Source of the DNA: Heptranchias perlo
Taxonomy: Eukaryota
Length of the DNA stretch: 64,000 bases
Reading direction: 5' to 3'
Assembly: GCF_035084215.1 (NCBI RefSeq)
Contig: NC_090328.1
Coordinates: 74,896,001-74,960,000 of the forward strand
The notes below the pieces were generated by a model. The model had not been told where the DNA came from and made no database searches. It was given only the letters and a program-made list of their open reading frames with translations. Below, one piece after another: positions 1 to 12,397 of this stretch (its first letter is position 1; each line of letters starts with the position of its first letter). The position numbers were made by a program, and so were the translations under genes.

Positions 1-911
1 ACATTCTGACTCAGATTCAAGGCTGCTCCTAAAGAGCCACGGCTAACACATTTAGACCGCATCAAGCCCTGTGGGCATGCGGGACGCACACATTCCACAC
101 GTAACACCTCATCCTGAAAGATGCACCTTGAAATTGCATTCAGTTGATCAAGGAACAAGAGACTCATCCAAAGAAACTGTTTCATTTCAAGAATGTGTAA
201 GAAAACTGAAAACCACATTCATTATACTGACTGACATTAACTAAAGAAAGCCTAATATTTGAAAAGGGTAGTTTAAACACTTGTGGCCTGTTTCCAGTTC
301 TCTAATACCAGTACTAGACAATCTCTCATGGTATTGCTCAGATAGCCTGGAGGCAGCTGTGATTATTAGCTGCTAACTTGGGCTGTCTGTTTAAGATCAA
401 TCTTCCAAATAAGAAAGTCTAGGTAATTATAGCTACTTATAAGCTGGTGTTGAAATCAGAGAGCAGGTGTAAGTGCTTAAAAATGTCATGCTCCTGATCA
501 ATGGTTGTCTTTTTCTTAAGATTGCTTTGCATCTGTAACAAGACATGATACCTTGAGGTGCAGCATTGGTGTGCGACATGGCGAGATGTAACACTATATA
601 CTTGCAAGTCTCCTGTGACATGGCTCTTGGTGATTCAGAGGATATACTGTTTTTCATCCCCATGACCACGTAAATGGCCACCTTGCACCACCCACATTGA
701 CATGAAAGGGAACTTTAAAAGAAACTAAAAGCCTGTTTAAGTTTACTGATGGGAAAATAGACTTTTACTTTGTTAAGAAACTTAGAAAGAGTTAATACTA
801 TCTTTCTACACATTATTAAATCTTGCATATGTGAACATTTCTTGTGCAACTTCCCATCTCCAAGCTCCCCCAACTTTGTGATCTCCTGCCACCCTTTTCT
901 GTTTTGGAATA

Positions 912-1293
912 TTAGGAACATTGGAACAGGATTAGGCCATTCAGCTCCTTGAGCCTGCTCTAACATTCAATTAGATCATGGCTGATCTGTATCTTAACTC
1001 CAACTTCCCACCTTGGTTCCATGTCCCTTGATACCCTCACTTAACAAAAATCTATCAATCTCAATTTTGAAATTTTCAATTGACCTAGACTCAACAGCTT
1101 TTTGGGGGAAAGACAGTTCCAGATTTCCATCACCCTTTGTGTGAAGAAGTGCAACCTGACATCACTCCTGAGCAGCCGAGGTCTAATTTTAAGGTTATGC
1201 CCCCTTGTTCTGGACTCTCCCACCAGAGGAAATAGTTTCTCTTCATCTATCCTATCATATCCTTTAATCATCTTATACACCTCAATTAGATCA
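912..1293 (-). mobile_element. CR1 LINE 3' end (left part of a copy split by the 1302-4519 insertion)
   Basis: ORF 1041-1280 (EKLFPLVGESRTRGHNLK...FFTQRVMEIWN) is the CR1 ORF2 C-terminus, followed by the CR1 3' UTR. Confidence 0.88.
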
Positions 1294-1309
1294 TTCCATA
1301 AGGGTACGG

Positions 1310-1384
1310 TAGCATAGTGGTTATGTTACTGGACAAGTAATCCAGAGGCCTGGACTGATAATCCAAAGTCATGAATTCAAATCC
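1310..1384 (+). promoter_or_regulatory. Internal RNA polymerase III promoter (A box and degenerate B box)
   Basis: TAGCATAGTGG at 1310-1320 fits TRGCNNAGYGG. GAATTCAAATCC at 1373-1384 is close to GGTTCRANNCC. Confidence 0.7.
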
Positions 1385-1705
1385 CACCATGGCAGCTGGG
1401 GAATTTAAATTCAATTAAATAAAAATCTAGAATTAAAAAAAATAGTATCAATAATGAAACCATGAAACTACCGGATTGTCGTAAACACCCATCTGGTTCA
1501 CTAATGCCCTTTAGGGAAGGAAACCTCCCAATATTACCCGGTCTGGCCTATATGTGACTCCAGCAATGTGGTTGATTCTTAATTGCCCTCTGAAATGGCC
1601 TAGCAAGCCACTCAGTTGTACAATCTCGCTACAGAAAGTCACAATAAGAATAAAACTGGACGGACCACCGGACACGACAAAGGCAAACCAAGCCCAGTCG
1701 ACCCT

Positions 1706-4458
1706 GCAAAGTCCTCCTCACGAACATCTGGGGACTTGTGCCAAAATTAGGAGAGCTGTCCGACAGACTAGCAACAGCCTGACACAGCCATACTCACAGA
1801 ATCATACCTTTCAGCCAACGTCCCAGAATCTTCAATCACCATCCCTGGGTATATTCTGTCCCAACGGCAGGACAGACTCAGCAGTGGTGGTGGTACAGTG
1901 GTATACAGTCAGGAGGGAGTGGCCCTGGGAGTCCTCAACATTGACTCCAGACCCCATGAAATCTCATGGCATCAAGTCAAACATGGGCAAGGAAACCTCC
2001 TGCTTAATACCACCTACTGCCATCCCTCAGCTGATGAAACACTGAGGGTAGCAAGGGCACAGAATGTACTCTGGGTGGGGGACTTCCATGTCTATCACCA
2101 AGAGTGGCTCAGTAGCACCACTACTGACCAAGCTGGCCGAGTCCTGAAGGACAAAGATGCCAGACTGGGCCTGAGGCAGGTGGTGAGCGAACCAACATGA
2201 GGGAAAAACATACTTGTCCTCACCAATCTACCTGTTGCAGATGCATCTGTCCATGACAGTATTGGTAGGAGTGACCACTGCACAGTCCTTGTGGAGACAA
2301 AGTTCCGTCTTCACACGGAGGACACCATCCAACGTGTTGTGTGGCACTACCACCGTGTTAAATGGGATAGATTCAGAACAGATCTAGCAGCTCAAAACTC
2401 GGCATCCATGAGGCACTGTGGGCCATCTGTAGCAGCAGAACTGTATTCCAGCACAATCTGTAACTCATGGCCCAGCATATTCCTCACTCTACCATTACCA
2501 ACAAGCCAGGGGATCAACCCTGGCTCAATGAAGACTGTAAAAGAGCATGACAGGAGCAGCACCTGTTGTATCTAAAAGAGGTACCAACCTGGTGAAGCTA
2601 CGACACAGGACTACATGCATGCTAAACAGCAGAAGCAACATGCTATAGACAGAGCTAAGCGATTCCACAACCAACAAATCAAATCAAAGCTTTGCAGTCC
2701 TGCCACATCCAGTCGTGAATGGTGGTGGACAATTAAACAACTAATGGGAGGAGGAGGCTCCGTGAACATCCCCATCCTCAATGATGGCAGAGGCCAGTAA
2801 GTGATTGCAAAAGACAAGGCTGAAGCATTTGCAACCATCTTCAGCCAGAAGTGCCAAGTGGATGATCCATCTCAGCCTCCTCCTGATATCCCCACCATCA
2901 CAGAAGCCAGTCTTCAGCCAATTCGATTCACTCCACGTGATATCAAGAAACAGTTGAGTGCACTGGATACAGCAAAGGCCATGGGCCCCGACAACATCCC
3001 GGCTCTAGTGCTGAAGACTTGTGCTCCACAACTAGCAGCGCCTCTAGCCAAATTGTTCCAGTACAGCTACAACACTGGCATCTACCCGACAATGTGGAAA
3101 ATTGCCCAGGTATGTCCTGTCCACAAAAAGCAGCACAAATCCAATTTGGCCAATTACTGCCCCATCAGTCTACTCTCAATCATCAGCAAAGTGATGGAAA
3201 ATGTCGTTGACAGTGCTATCAAGCGGCACTTACTCACCAATAACCTGCTCACCGATGCTCAGTTTGGGTTCCGCCAGGACCACTCAGCTCCAGACCTCAT
3301 TACAGCCTTGGTCCAAACATGGACAAAAGAGCTGAATTCCAGAGGTGAGGTGAGAGTGACTGCCCTTGACATCAAGGCAGCATTTGACAGAGTATGGCAC
3401 CAAGGAGCCCTAGTAAAACTGAAGTCAATGGGAGTCAAGGGGAAAACTCTCCAGTGGCTAGAGTCATACCTAGCACAAAGGAAGATGGCAGTGGTTGTTG
3501 GAGGCCGATCATCTGAACCCAAGGACATTGCTGCAGGAGTTCCTCAGGGAGTGTCCTAGGCCCAACTATCTTCAGCTGTTTCATCAATGACCTTCCCTCC
3601 ATCATAAGGTCAGAAATGGGGATGTTCGCCGATGATTGTTCAGTTCCGTTCGCAACCCCTCAGAAAATGAAGCAGTCCGTGCCCACATGCAGCAAGATCT
3701 GGACAACATCCAGGCTTGGGCTGATGTGTAGCAAGTAACATTTGCGCCAGACAAGTGTCAGGCAATGGCCATCTCCAACAAGAGGGTCGAACCACCTCCC
3801 CTTGACATTCAACGGCATTACTATCACCGAATCCCCCACCATCAACATCCTGGGGGTCACCATTGACCAGAAACTTAACTGGACCAGCCACATAAAGACA
3901 GTGGCTACAAGAGCAGGTCAGAGGCTGGGTATTCTGCGGCGAGCGACTCACCTCCTGACTCCCCAAGGCCTTTCCACCATCTACAAGGCACAAGTCAGGA
4001 GTGTGATGGAATACTCTCCATTTGCCTGGATGAGTGCAGCTCCAACAACACTCAAGGAGCACGACACGATCCAGGACAAAGCAGCCAGCTTAATTGACAC
4101 CCCATCCACCACCCTAAACATTCATTCCCTTCACCACCGGTGCACCGTGGCTGCAGTGTGTACCATCTACAGGATGCACTGCAGCAACTCGCCAAGGCTT
4201 CTTCGACAGCACCTCCCAAACCCGCGACCTCTACCACCAAGAAGGACAAGGGCAGCAGGCACATGGGAACAATACCACCTGCATGTTCCCCTCCAAGTCA
4301 CACACCATCTCGACTTGGAAATATATCGCCGTTCCTTCATTGTCGCTGGGTCAAAATCCTGGAACTCCCTACCTATCAGCACTGCGGGAGAACCTTCACC
4401 ACACGGATTGCAGCGGTTCAAGAAGGTGGTTCATCACCACCTTCTCAAGGAGTATTAG
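1706..4458 (+). pseudogene. Frameshifted APE endonuclease-reverse transcriptase ORF of the tRNA-headed LINE
   Basis: ORF pieces 1898-2200, 2291-2575, 2615-2800, 2801-3559 and 3742-4458 are collinear EN-RT-C-terminal domains broken by stops and indels. Confidence 0.9.
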
Positions 4459-4527
4459 GGATGGGCAATAAATGCTGGCCTTGCCAGCGACGCCCACATC
4501 CCATGAACGAATAAAAAAAGAAATAGT

Positions 4528-4900
4528 CTATACTGGAGGGAATACAAGCCCAGTCTATGCAAGTCCTCCTAACTTAACCCTCCAAGCCCCGATATAATTA
4601 TGGTGAATCTGTATTGTACCCCCTCTAAGGCCAAAATATCCTTCTCGAGGTGCTGTGCTCAGAACAGGAGGCAGAAGTCATGGAGGCGGTCTAATCAGAG
4701 CTCTATACAACTGTAGTATAACTTCCTCCCCTTTGTATTCCAGCCCCCTTGAGATGAAGGCTAACATCCCATCAGCCTTTCTGATTATTTTTTGTACCTA
4801 TCCATGAGTTTTTAGTGATTTCTGTACATGGACCACTAAATCTCTCTGCTCCTCCACACTTCCTAACTTCTCGCCATATTTTGCTTAAGCATTTTGACCT
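4528..4900 (-). mobile_element. CR1 LINE continuation (right part of the split copy)
   Basis: Sequence gggaatacaagccc... resumes where 1293 stops, judged by comparison with the uninterrupted homologous copy at 33580-33700. Confidence 0.75.
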
Positions 4901-5885
4901 CTGGCCCTGGCGCTCCGCATTCCTCTCCCACCTCTGCTCGCCGCAAATAACCACTTCAGTCCCTCTGCCCTTCCAGCCCTTCTCTGCATTCTGCTCTTGC
5001 CTCTGCCTTTGAAAAACTGGTTCAGTCTCAATAAACATGCCTTGCTGTCTTTTAAGACACTTTCCATTTGGACCTCTGGCTGGCTCTGTTCTCTTTTATT
5101 ATCCAAATGTATTCCCGCATTACCACTTTGCTCTGCTTTATTTATAAATGTGTGCCTCTGGTCCTGTGTGAAATCCATTTGCTGCTTTGGCCCAATGTAA
5201 AAACCAATCTGTGCTCCCAAACACCCCACTCTGTATCTGGCCCTGCGCCCCCTCCCCTGGATCTGCCTCCGGCCCGCTCCCGTCCCAGCTCTGCCTATGT
5301 CCCAACTCACCTCTACCTCCGATCCAACATTTGTCTTGACTACCTCCTCCTCCAGCCATGCTCCTCTTTATTTTTTAAACATATATGCCTATGACGCAAT
5401 GTAAAAACTATTCCTTCTTCCCAAAGCACTGGCTCCCCTCCTAGCTCTGCCCCGCCTGCCGCCCGTTAGGCTCCACCAAACCTGCGGTTCTCTTATCTCC
5501 CCTCCTGGCTCTGCTTCCTGCTTCGCTGTCAACTATTGTTTAGCATAATTATGTTAACTGTTTGTAAAGACTTTATCCCATTTCTCACTTCAGTGTTGGC
5601 AATCCAGAAGGAAGATAGGATGCTCAGGGGAAAGTTCTGATGTGGAAAGAAGTGTACAGATAATTGGAGAGGGTGTGGTGGTGGGAGTCAGGAAGTCGCA
5701 AGGTCAGGGATGCAACTTGAGGGGGTGGGCTAGGTGATATTTGCCCATTAGTGAAGAGAATATGAAAATAGGAGGTGGGATAGACCCAAAACACAATTCA
5801 GGCTGCCAACGTAATCTACAAGTTTGCTTAAATTAGCAGTTCCAGGCCAGATGTTTGACTACGTCTGTCTGTTCCAAATCGAGAT

Positions 5886-8800
5886 ATGGCAGGGCAGCTC
5901 CGCGAGGTTGAGAACTACGTGGATAGCACGTTTCAGGAGATGGTCACCCTGCAGCTTAAGAAAGTGCAGGCAGAGCGGGACTGGGTGACCGACAGAGAGA
6001 CAAGGAGGACCAGGCATGTAGTGCAGGAGTCCCTTGGGGGCATCTCAGTCTCTGAATACTGGTGTGGGAGAGGGTTCCTCTGGGGAGTACAGCCAGAGCC
6101 AAGTCCACAACACCGTGGGTGGCTCAGCTGTACTGGGGTTGGGGGGGGGGGGGGGGCGGAGGAGAAAGGTCAGGAGAGCAATAGTGATAGGGGATTCCAT
6201 AGTCAGAGGAGCAGACAGGCGTTTCTGTGGCCACAAACGTGATTCCAGGACGGTATGTTGCCCCCCTTGGTGCCAGGGTCATGAATGTCACTGAGCGGCT
6301 GCAGAACATTCTGGGGACGGACCAACATCCTTGCGGGGATGTTGGTCCGTCCCCAGAATGTTCTAACTTGGCAGGGGATGGGAACCTGAGAGGAGATTCA
6401 GAAGGGAGAGTAACAAAGCTGGAATTGAAAGACAGAAAAGTAGTAAGTGAAATTGGAAGGCAGCGGAAACAAAGGCCAGCAGCAAATAAGGTCAAAATAG
6501 GAAAAAATGTTAAAAAGGCAAAATTAAAGGCACTTTATCTAAATACATGCAGCATTCGCAACAAGGTTGATGAATTGACAGCACAAATAGAAGTAAATGG
6601 GTATGATCTAATTGCCATTACAGTGGCATGGCAGCAGGGTGACCAAGGCTGGGAAATGAATATTCAAGGATATTTGACATTTAGGAAGGACAAGAATGAA
6701 GGAAAAGGAGGTGGGGTAGCGCTGTTAATAAAGGATGAGATCAGTACAATAGTGAGAAAGAATCTTGGCTCAGATGATCAAGATGTAGAATCAGTTTGGG
6801 TGGAGCTAAGAAACAGCAAGGGGCAGAAAACATTGGTGGGAGTTGTTTATAGGCCACCAAACAGTAGTGGTAATGTAGGGCACGATATAAAGCAGGAAAT
6901 TAGAAGTGCATGTAACAAGGGTAATACAGTAATCATGGGGGACTTTAATCTACATACAAACTGGGCAAACCAAATTAGCACTAATACTGTGGAGGACAAA
7001 TTCCTGGAATGTATACAAAATGGTTTTCTAGATCAGTATGTTGAGGAACCATCTAGGGAACAGGCTATTTTAGATCTAGTATTGTGCAATGAGAAAGGGT
7101 TAATCAATAATCTTGTTGTAAAGGAGCCCTTAGGGAAGAGTGACCATAATATGATAGAATTCTTCATTAAGTTTGAAAGTGATGTAGTTCAATCCAAAAC
7201 TAGGGTCTTAAATCTAAACAAAGGAAATTACGAAGGTATGAGGCGCAAGTTGGCTATGGTTGATTGGGGAACTACATTAAAAGGTATGATGGTAGACAGG
7301 CAATGGCTAGCATTTAAAGAATACATAATTTGCAACAAATATATATTCCTTTAAGGCACAAAAACCCAACAGGAAAAGTGGTCCAACCGTGGCTAACAAG
7401 AGAAATTAAAGATAGTATTAAATCAAAGAAAGAAGCATATAAAGTTGCCAGAAAAAGCAGTAAGCCTGAGGATTGGGAGCATTTTAGAATTCAGCAAAGG
7501 AGGACCAAGAAATTGATAAAGAAAGGGAAAATAAAATGAGAGTAAACTAGCGAGAAACATCAAAACAGACTATAGGTATGTAAAAAGGAAAAGACTGGCG
7601 AAGGCAAATATGGGTCCCTGACAGACAGAGACGGGAGAATTTATAATGGGGAATAAGGAAATGGCAGAGAAATTAAACAAATACTTTGTGTCTGTCTTCA
7701 CTGAAGAAGACACAAAAAACCTACCAGAAATATTAGAGAATCAAAGGTCTGGTGACAATGAGGAAGTGAAGGAAATTAGTATTAGTAAAAAAAAGTACTA
7801 GAGAAATTAATGGGACTGAAAGTCGATAAATCCCAAGGACATGATGATCTACATCCGAGGGTTTTGAAAGAGGTGGCTATAGAGATAGTGGATGCATTGA
7901 TTGTCATCTTCCAAAATTCTATAGATTCTGGAACGGTTCCTGCAGATTGGAGGGTAGCAAATGTAAGAAAGGAGGGAGAGAGAAAACAGGGACAGCTAAC
8001 AGGTCTGTAGTACCATCAGTAGGAGGGAAAATGCTAGAATCTATTATAAAGGATGTGATAACAGGACACTTAGAAAATAATAATAGGATTTGGCAGAGTC
8101 AACATGGACTTATGAAAGGGAAATCATGTTTGACAAACCTATTGGAGTTCTTTGAGGATGTAACTAGTAGAATAGATAAGGGGGAACCAGTGGATGTGGT
8201 GTATTTGGATTTTCAGAAGGCTTTCGATAAGGTCCCACACAGGAGGTTGGTGAACAAAGTTAGAGCACGTGGAATTGGGGTAACATACTGGCATGGATTG
8301 AGAACTAGTTAACAGAAAGTAGGAATAAACGGGTCTTTCTCAGGTTTGCAGACTGTGACTAATGGGGTACTGCAGGGATCGGTGCTTGGGCCCCAGCTAT
8401 TCACAATCTATATCAATGATTTGGATGAGGAGACCAAATGTAATATTTCCAAGTTTGTTGATGACACAAAACTAGGTGGGAATGTGAGTTGTGAGGAGGG
8501 TGCAAAGAGGTTTCAAGGGGATATAGACAGGCTAAGTGAGTGGGCAAGAACATGGCAGATGGAATATAATGTGGAAAAATGTGAAGTTATCCACTTTGGT
8601 AGGAAAAACAGAAATGCAGAATATTTTTTAAATGGTGAGAGATTGGAAAATGTTGATGTTCAAAGGGACCTGGGTGTCCTTGTACATGAGTCACTGAAAG
8701 CTAACATGCAGGTGCAGCAAGCAATTAGGAAGGCAAATGGTATGTTTGTTTTTATTACAAGAGGATTTGAGTACAGGAGTGAAGATGTCTTACTGCAATT

Positions 8801-9381
8801 ATATAGGGCCTTGGTGAGATCACACCTGGAGTATTGTGTACAATTTTGGTCTCCTTACCCAAGAAAGGATATACTTGCCATAGAGGGAGTGCAACAAAGG
8901 TTCACCAGACTGATTCCTGGGATGGCGGGATTGTCGTATGAGGAGAGAATGAGTAGACTAGGCCTGTATTCTCTAGAGTTTAAAAGAATGAGAGGTGATC
9001 TCATTGAAACATACAACATTCTTACAGGGCTCGACAGAGTAGATGCAAGGAGGATGTTTTCTCTGGCTGGGGAGTCTATAACCAGGGGTCACAGTCTCAG
9101 GATATGGAGTAGGCCATTTAGGACTGAGATAAGGAGAAATTTCTTCACTCAGAGGGTGGTAAATCTTTGGAATGCTCTATGCCAGAGGGCTATGGAGGCT
9201 CAGTCATTGAGTACATTCAAAACAGATCGATAGATTTCTAGATATTAGAGGCATCAAGGGATATGGGGGTGGTGCAGGAAAATGGTGTTGAGGTAGAAGA
9301 TGAGCCATGATCTTGTTGAATGGCGGACCAGGCTCGAGGGGCCGGATGGCCTACTCCTGCTCCTATTTCTTATGTTCTTAT
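5886..9381 (+). mobile_element. CR1 LINE with partial esterase-type ORF1 and degraded ORF2
   Basis: ORF1 GDSL-like motif RRAIVIGDSIVRG. ORF2 motifs LYLNTCSIRNK, GDFN, KSDHN, YLDFQKAFDKVPH and FVDDTK. Tail cctatttcttatgttcttat. Confidence 0.93.
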
Positions 9382-10289
9382 CCACCACAGGGGGTTTAAG
9401 TAGTCAGTTTGAGGCAGCACATTGGGTGATCCAGAGTACAAGTGAGCAGGAGCAGGTGAAGGCAGTCTAGGAAGAGCAGGAAGCACCTGGCTGGAGGATG
9501 AGGTCACCTTCATCCATAGCTGGTGAAGCCAGGGATCCAGATTGCTAGGGCTCACCTTTTTAAAAATATGATTTCAGAGCACGAGACCTTTGGAGTCAGT
9601 GAGGGGTGTGCCCAGCGGGTGCTGACAAATGGAGGCTAGTGGGGAGGATTCCACAACCCACTGGGAAAAGGGCAAGCTAGTGCTGAAAATGGATGATGTT
9701 GCTGTCTCTCCCAATGGCAACACATTCAACTCAGTCCAACCCTCCCCCAATTACTTCACAGGAGTCAAAAAACAGTTAGGGCATGGCTGCCCCTGCATCA
9801 GTAGAAATGTAGCAGTCTGAAGCAGACCATCTGGAGGTCATGCTTACAGAGCTTGAAAGTCCTTCATCCCAGGAGCCTCTATCAGGCACTCAACTGCCAG
9901 CCACCTCACAAGCTTCGGCCACGAGTACTGCTGTGAGAAGAAGCACCAGATTAGGTGGTCGAGCACAACACACTCAATGACGGGAAGGGAAAGCACCGTA
10001 GGAGTTGCCATACACTTGTATTTTTGTTAAATAAATTAATTTGGCGCAGTACATGCAGCGTTTATATAGAGTTTCATTTGTGAGGCAGGGATAAGTGATG
10101 TGCTGTAAAGAGGAATGGTCTTGCTGGGAGCTAAGTAGGGTGGGCTTGCAAATGTTGGGGATTGTAACATTGCAGGGGCTGAGGAAAATGATGGGAGGTA
10201 TGGAAATAAGAAGGGTTGCATAGAATTATACAGAATCTGCGTCACAGAAATAGGCCATTTGGCCCAACTGGCCTATGCCAGTGTATATA

Positions 10290-10990
10290 TTCCACACATG
10301 GATCAAGATGCTGGAAGCTGCACCGCAGCATGCCAATAGTGTGCTCGATGCTGGATCTGGTAGACACATGCACCACTGAAGGTGGTTGCACATAAACTGC
10401 ATATTTAGAGAGTATGGAGTAGGAGTGATTGTGGTTCATGTCGGGGGCACTTCTGTCTGCAGAAGCACGAATTGCTACATGGGTGCCATCTATTACCCCA
10501 TGACCTCTGGAAATCCTGTCATTCGAGCAAATCTATGTCTTGGGTCTGTTGCACCCTGATGTCCATGGAGAGCATGCCCTTGCAAATAAGACACTAGTCA
10601 CCTGTTTAACTCAACAATGCACTGTTGACTGACTGATGTCACCTATGCTCCTAGTGGCCCCTGGAAACACTCTGAGGCAAAAAAATTTCAAGAGAGATAG
10701 GCACCTCAACTCCACTAACAACACCATGCCTGCCCAGAGTGTCTGCCAGTCATAATGCAGCCAGTCGCATAGTTCTCAGGCTACCTCTCTGGTAAATCTA
10801 AGCCTTAAAATTCACTGCTCTGAGAGGTCCAGAAAAATCACACGAGGCTGATAGTTTTGTGTTGCAGGGCAACGCTGGGCAGGTGCCCTCCTTCTCCAAT
10901 GATGCCAGATTTCCCTGGCACCAAGAAGTGTTTCTTTTTCATTCTCCTCTTCTTCATCCAAATATACAGGACCTGGACATTAATATACAT
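10290..10990 (-). mobile_element. Old PIF/Harbinger transposase remnant
   Basis: Minus-strand fragments NFFAS..FQG....GDISQSTVH..VKQVT, GFPEVMG.IDGTHVAIRA and TRSSIEHTIGMLR, homologous to the transposase at 38540-39708. Confidence 0.7.
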
Positions 10991-11084
10991 TAACTCAGGC
11001 AGGCATTATTGCATTTCCATGGGTTCCACTAGGCTAAGATTCTAGAACCAGTCTGAAGTTCTCAACAGTTCCACATTATATTAA

Positions 11085-11268
11085 TGATGTGGAGATGCCG
11101 GTGATGGACTGGGGTTGACAATTGTAAACAATTTTACAACACCAAGTTATAGTCCAGCAATTTTATTTTAAAACAAACGTTCACCTGAGGAAGGAGGAAG
11201 CCTCCGAAAGCTTGTGAATTTAAAATAAAATTGCTGGACTATAACTTGGTGTTGTAAAATTGTTTACA
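11085..11268. mobile_element. Penelope-like pseudo-LTR remnant with a perfect 50-bp inverted repeat and hammerhead core
   Basis: Arms 11123-11172 and 11219-11268 are exact reverse complements. CTGAGGA...GAAA lies between them. Flanked by the direct repeat ACATTATATTAA (11073-11084 and 11266-11277). Confidence 0.8.
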
Positions 11269-12002
11269 TTATATTAAGACAGACACCACCTGCTATCAAG
11301 TTCTTTAAACAAAATAAAAGGCTCACTCCAGCGATAGGAATGAACAACTACGTTTTTTGGTTTCTGAAACAGGATAAATTACACAAGAGTACATGAAAGC
11401 CATGAAATTAAGCCAGGCAATAGATTGTATGTATCAGATCATACTGAAGGCTGTGGAGGTCTTAAAGGTTCATTGTAATTGGGCCCAGGTCTGTTATCTG
11501 TCCATCTTGAACTAGGCCTTCACTATCAGGTGCCAGTGAATTATCTTTTATTACATTTACTATTTCTAACTCATATTCCTCAATATGCCAACATTGTTTG
11601 TTTAAACATATCTGAAAAACTATGAGTGCTGCGAGTATGTTTAATAGTACAGATGTAAACTTCATATGAAAAACCAATTCAAGCAAGGGTAGTTGTACTC
11701 AGTTTCACAGTCTTTAAGAATGCAAATTTGTTGGTAGTATGTGTGTGTGTGTGGAACTCAGACTCACATGAATAATGGCTCTTCGGCCAAACTACTGGAA
11801 GGTGCCTGGCACCCATGGAACTGTACCCCAGCAAGTAGCCACTGGGGTATTAATTGGATGGTAGCGCAAATCGGGCGATAGCAAATCGGCCGCCCATTTT
11901 GTACTCCACCCGATTTTCTGTTCCATTGTGAAGGTAAAAATATTGTTGAGAAGAAAAACAACACACAGCGGACAGGCAGTTCTACAGCATTGTAAGGCAC
12001 AC

Positions 12003-12113
12003 CTGCTGTTCCTGTGAGATGACAGGGGAGCACTTCATTTTCTTGAGATGGGTAATTTCTTCAGTTTTCCTTTTCAGGATTTTCTGCTGGTGCTCTCGCT
12101 TCAGTTCCAGCTC
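12003..12113 (-). CDS. KIF27: KIF27 coding exon (111 bp), absent from the supplied ORF track
   Basis: ttctag|GAGCTG acceptor and CAG|gtgtgc donor. Hand translation ELELKREHQQKILKRKTEEITHLKKMKCSPVISQEQQ resembles the corresponding KIF7/27 exon. No further exon was found in 1-12002. Confidence 0.88.
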
Positions 12114-12397
12114 CTAGAAAAATGAAACATGCATATCCTGAAATTCTAATTTTATTTCAGGAGAGATATATGTCAACAGATATAACTAATCTTTTTCTAG
12201 TTATCTTTTTATTTCAGGGCAGATGATCTAAATACTAATGTATGTTCTAAAAATTCTGACATTGTTTTTTTCTTTCATATTCTGAATCATTTTTGAATAT
12301 AGATGTTGTTGGCTGAAGTTCCAATCAGGTTGCTCGTCAATTAAACATAAAAAATCAGAGACGTCAGTTGCATGTTTTGTATAATTTGTTAAGACAT

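Larger units (their letters stand above)
1302..4519 (+). mobile_element. Near full-length CR1-group LINE with tRNA-like (SINE-type) 5' head, no ORF1, and an APE-RT ORF
   Basis: tRNA-like head, then KVLLTNIWGL...QPDTAILTESYL, GDFHV and SDH (APE), then LDIKAAFDRVWH, GVPQG and FADD (RT). Short 3' UTR with AATAAA and an A-tail. Confidence 0.9.

Noticed and set aside
1-900. Next KIF27 exon (expected ...WLDEEVEK...-like)
   Set aside because: No matching minus-strand frame with splice sites was found anywhere in 1-12002, so it presumably lies left of the window.
1302-1390. Genuine tRNA gene
   Set aside because: I could not fold a convincing cloverleaf, the A-B spacing is extended, there is no downstream T terminator, and it continues into a retroelement body.
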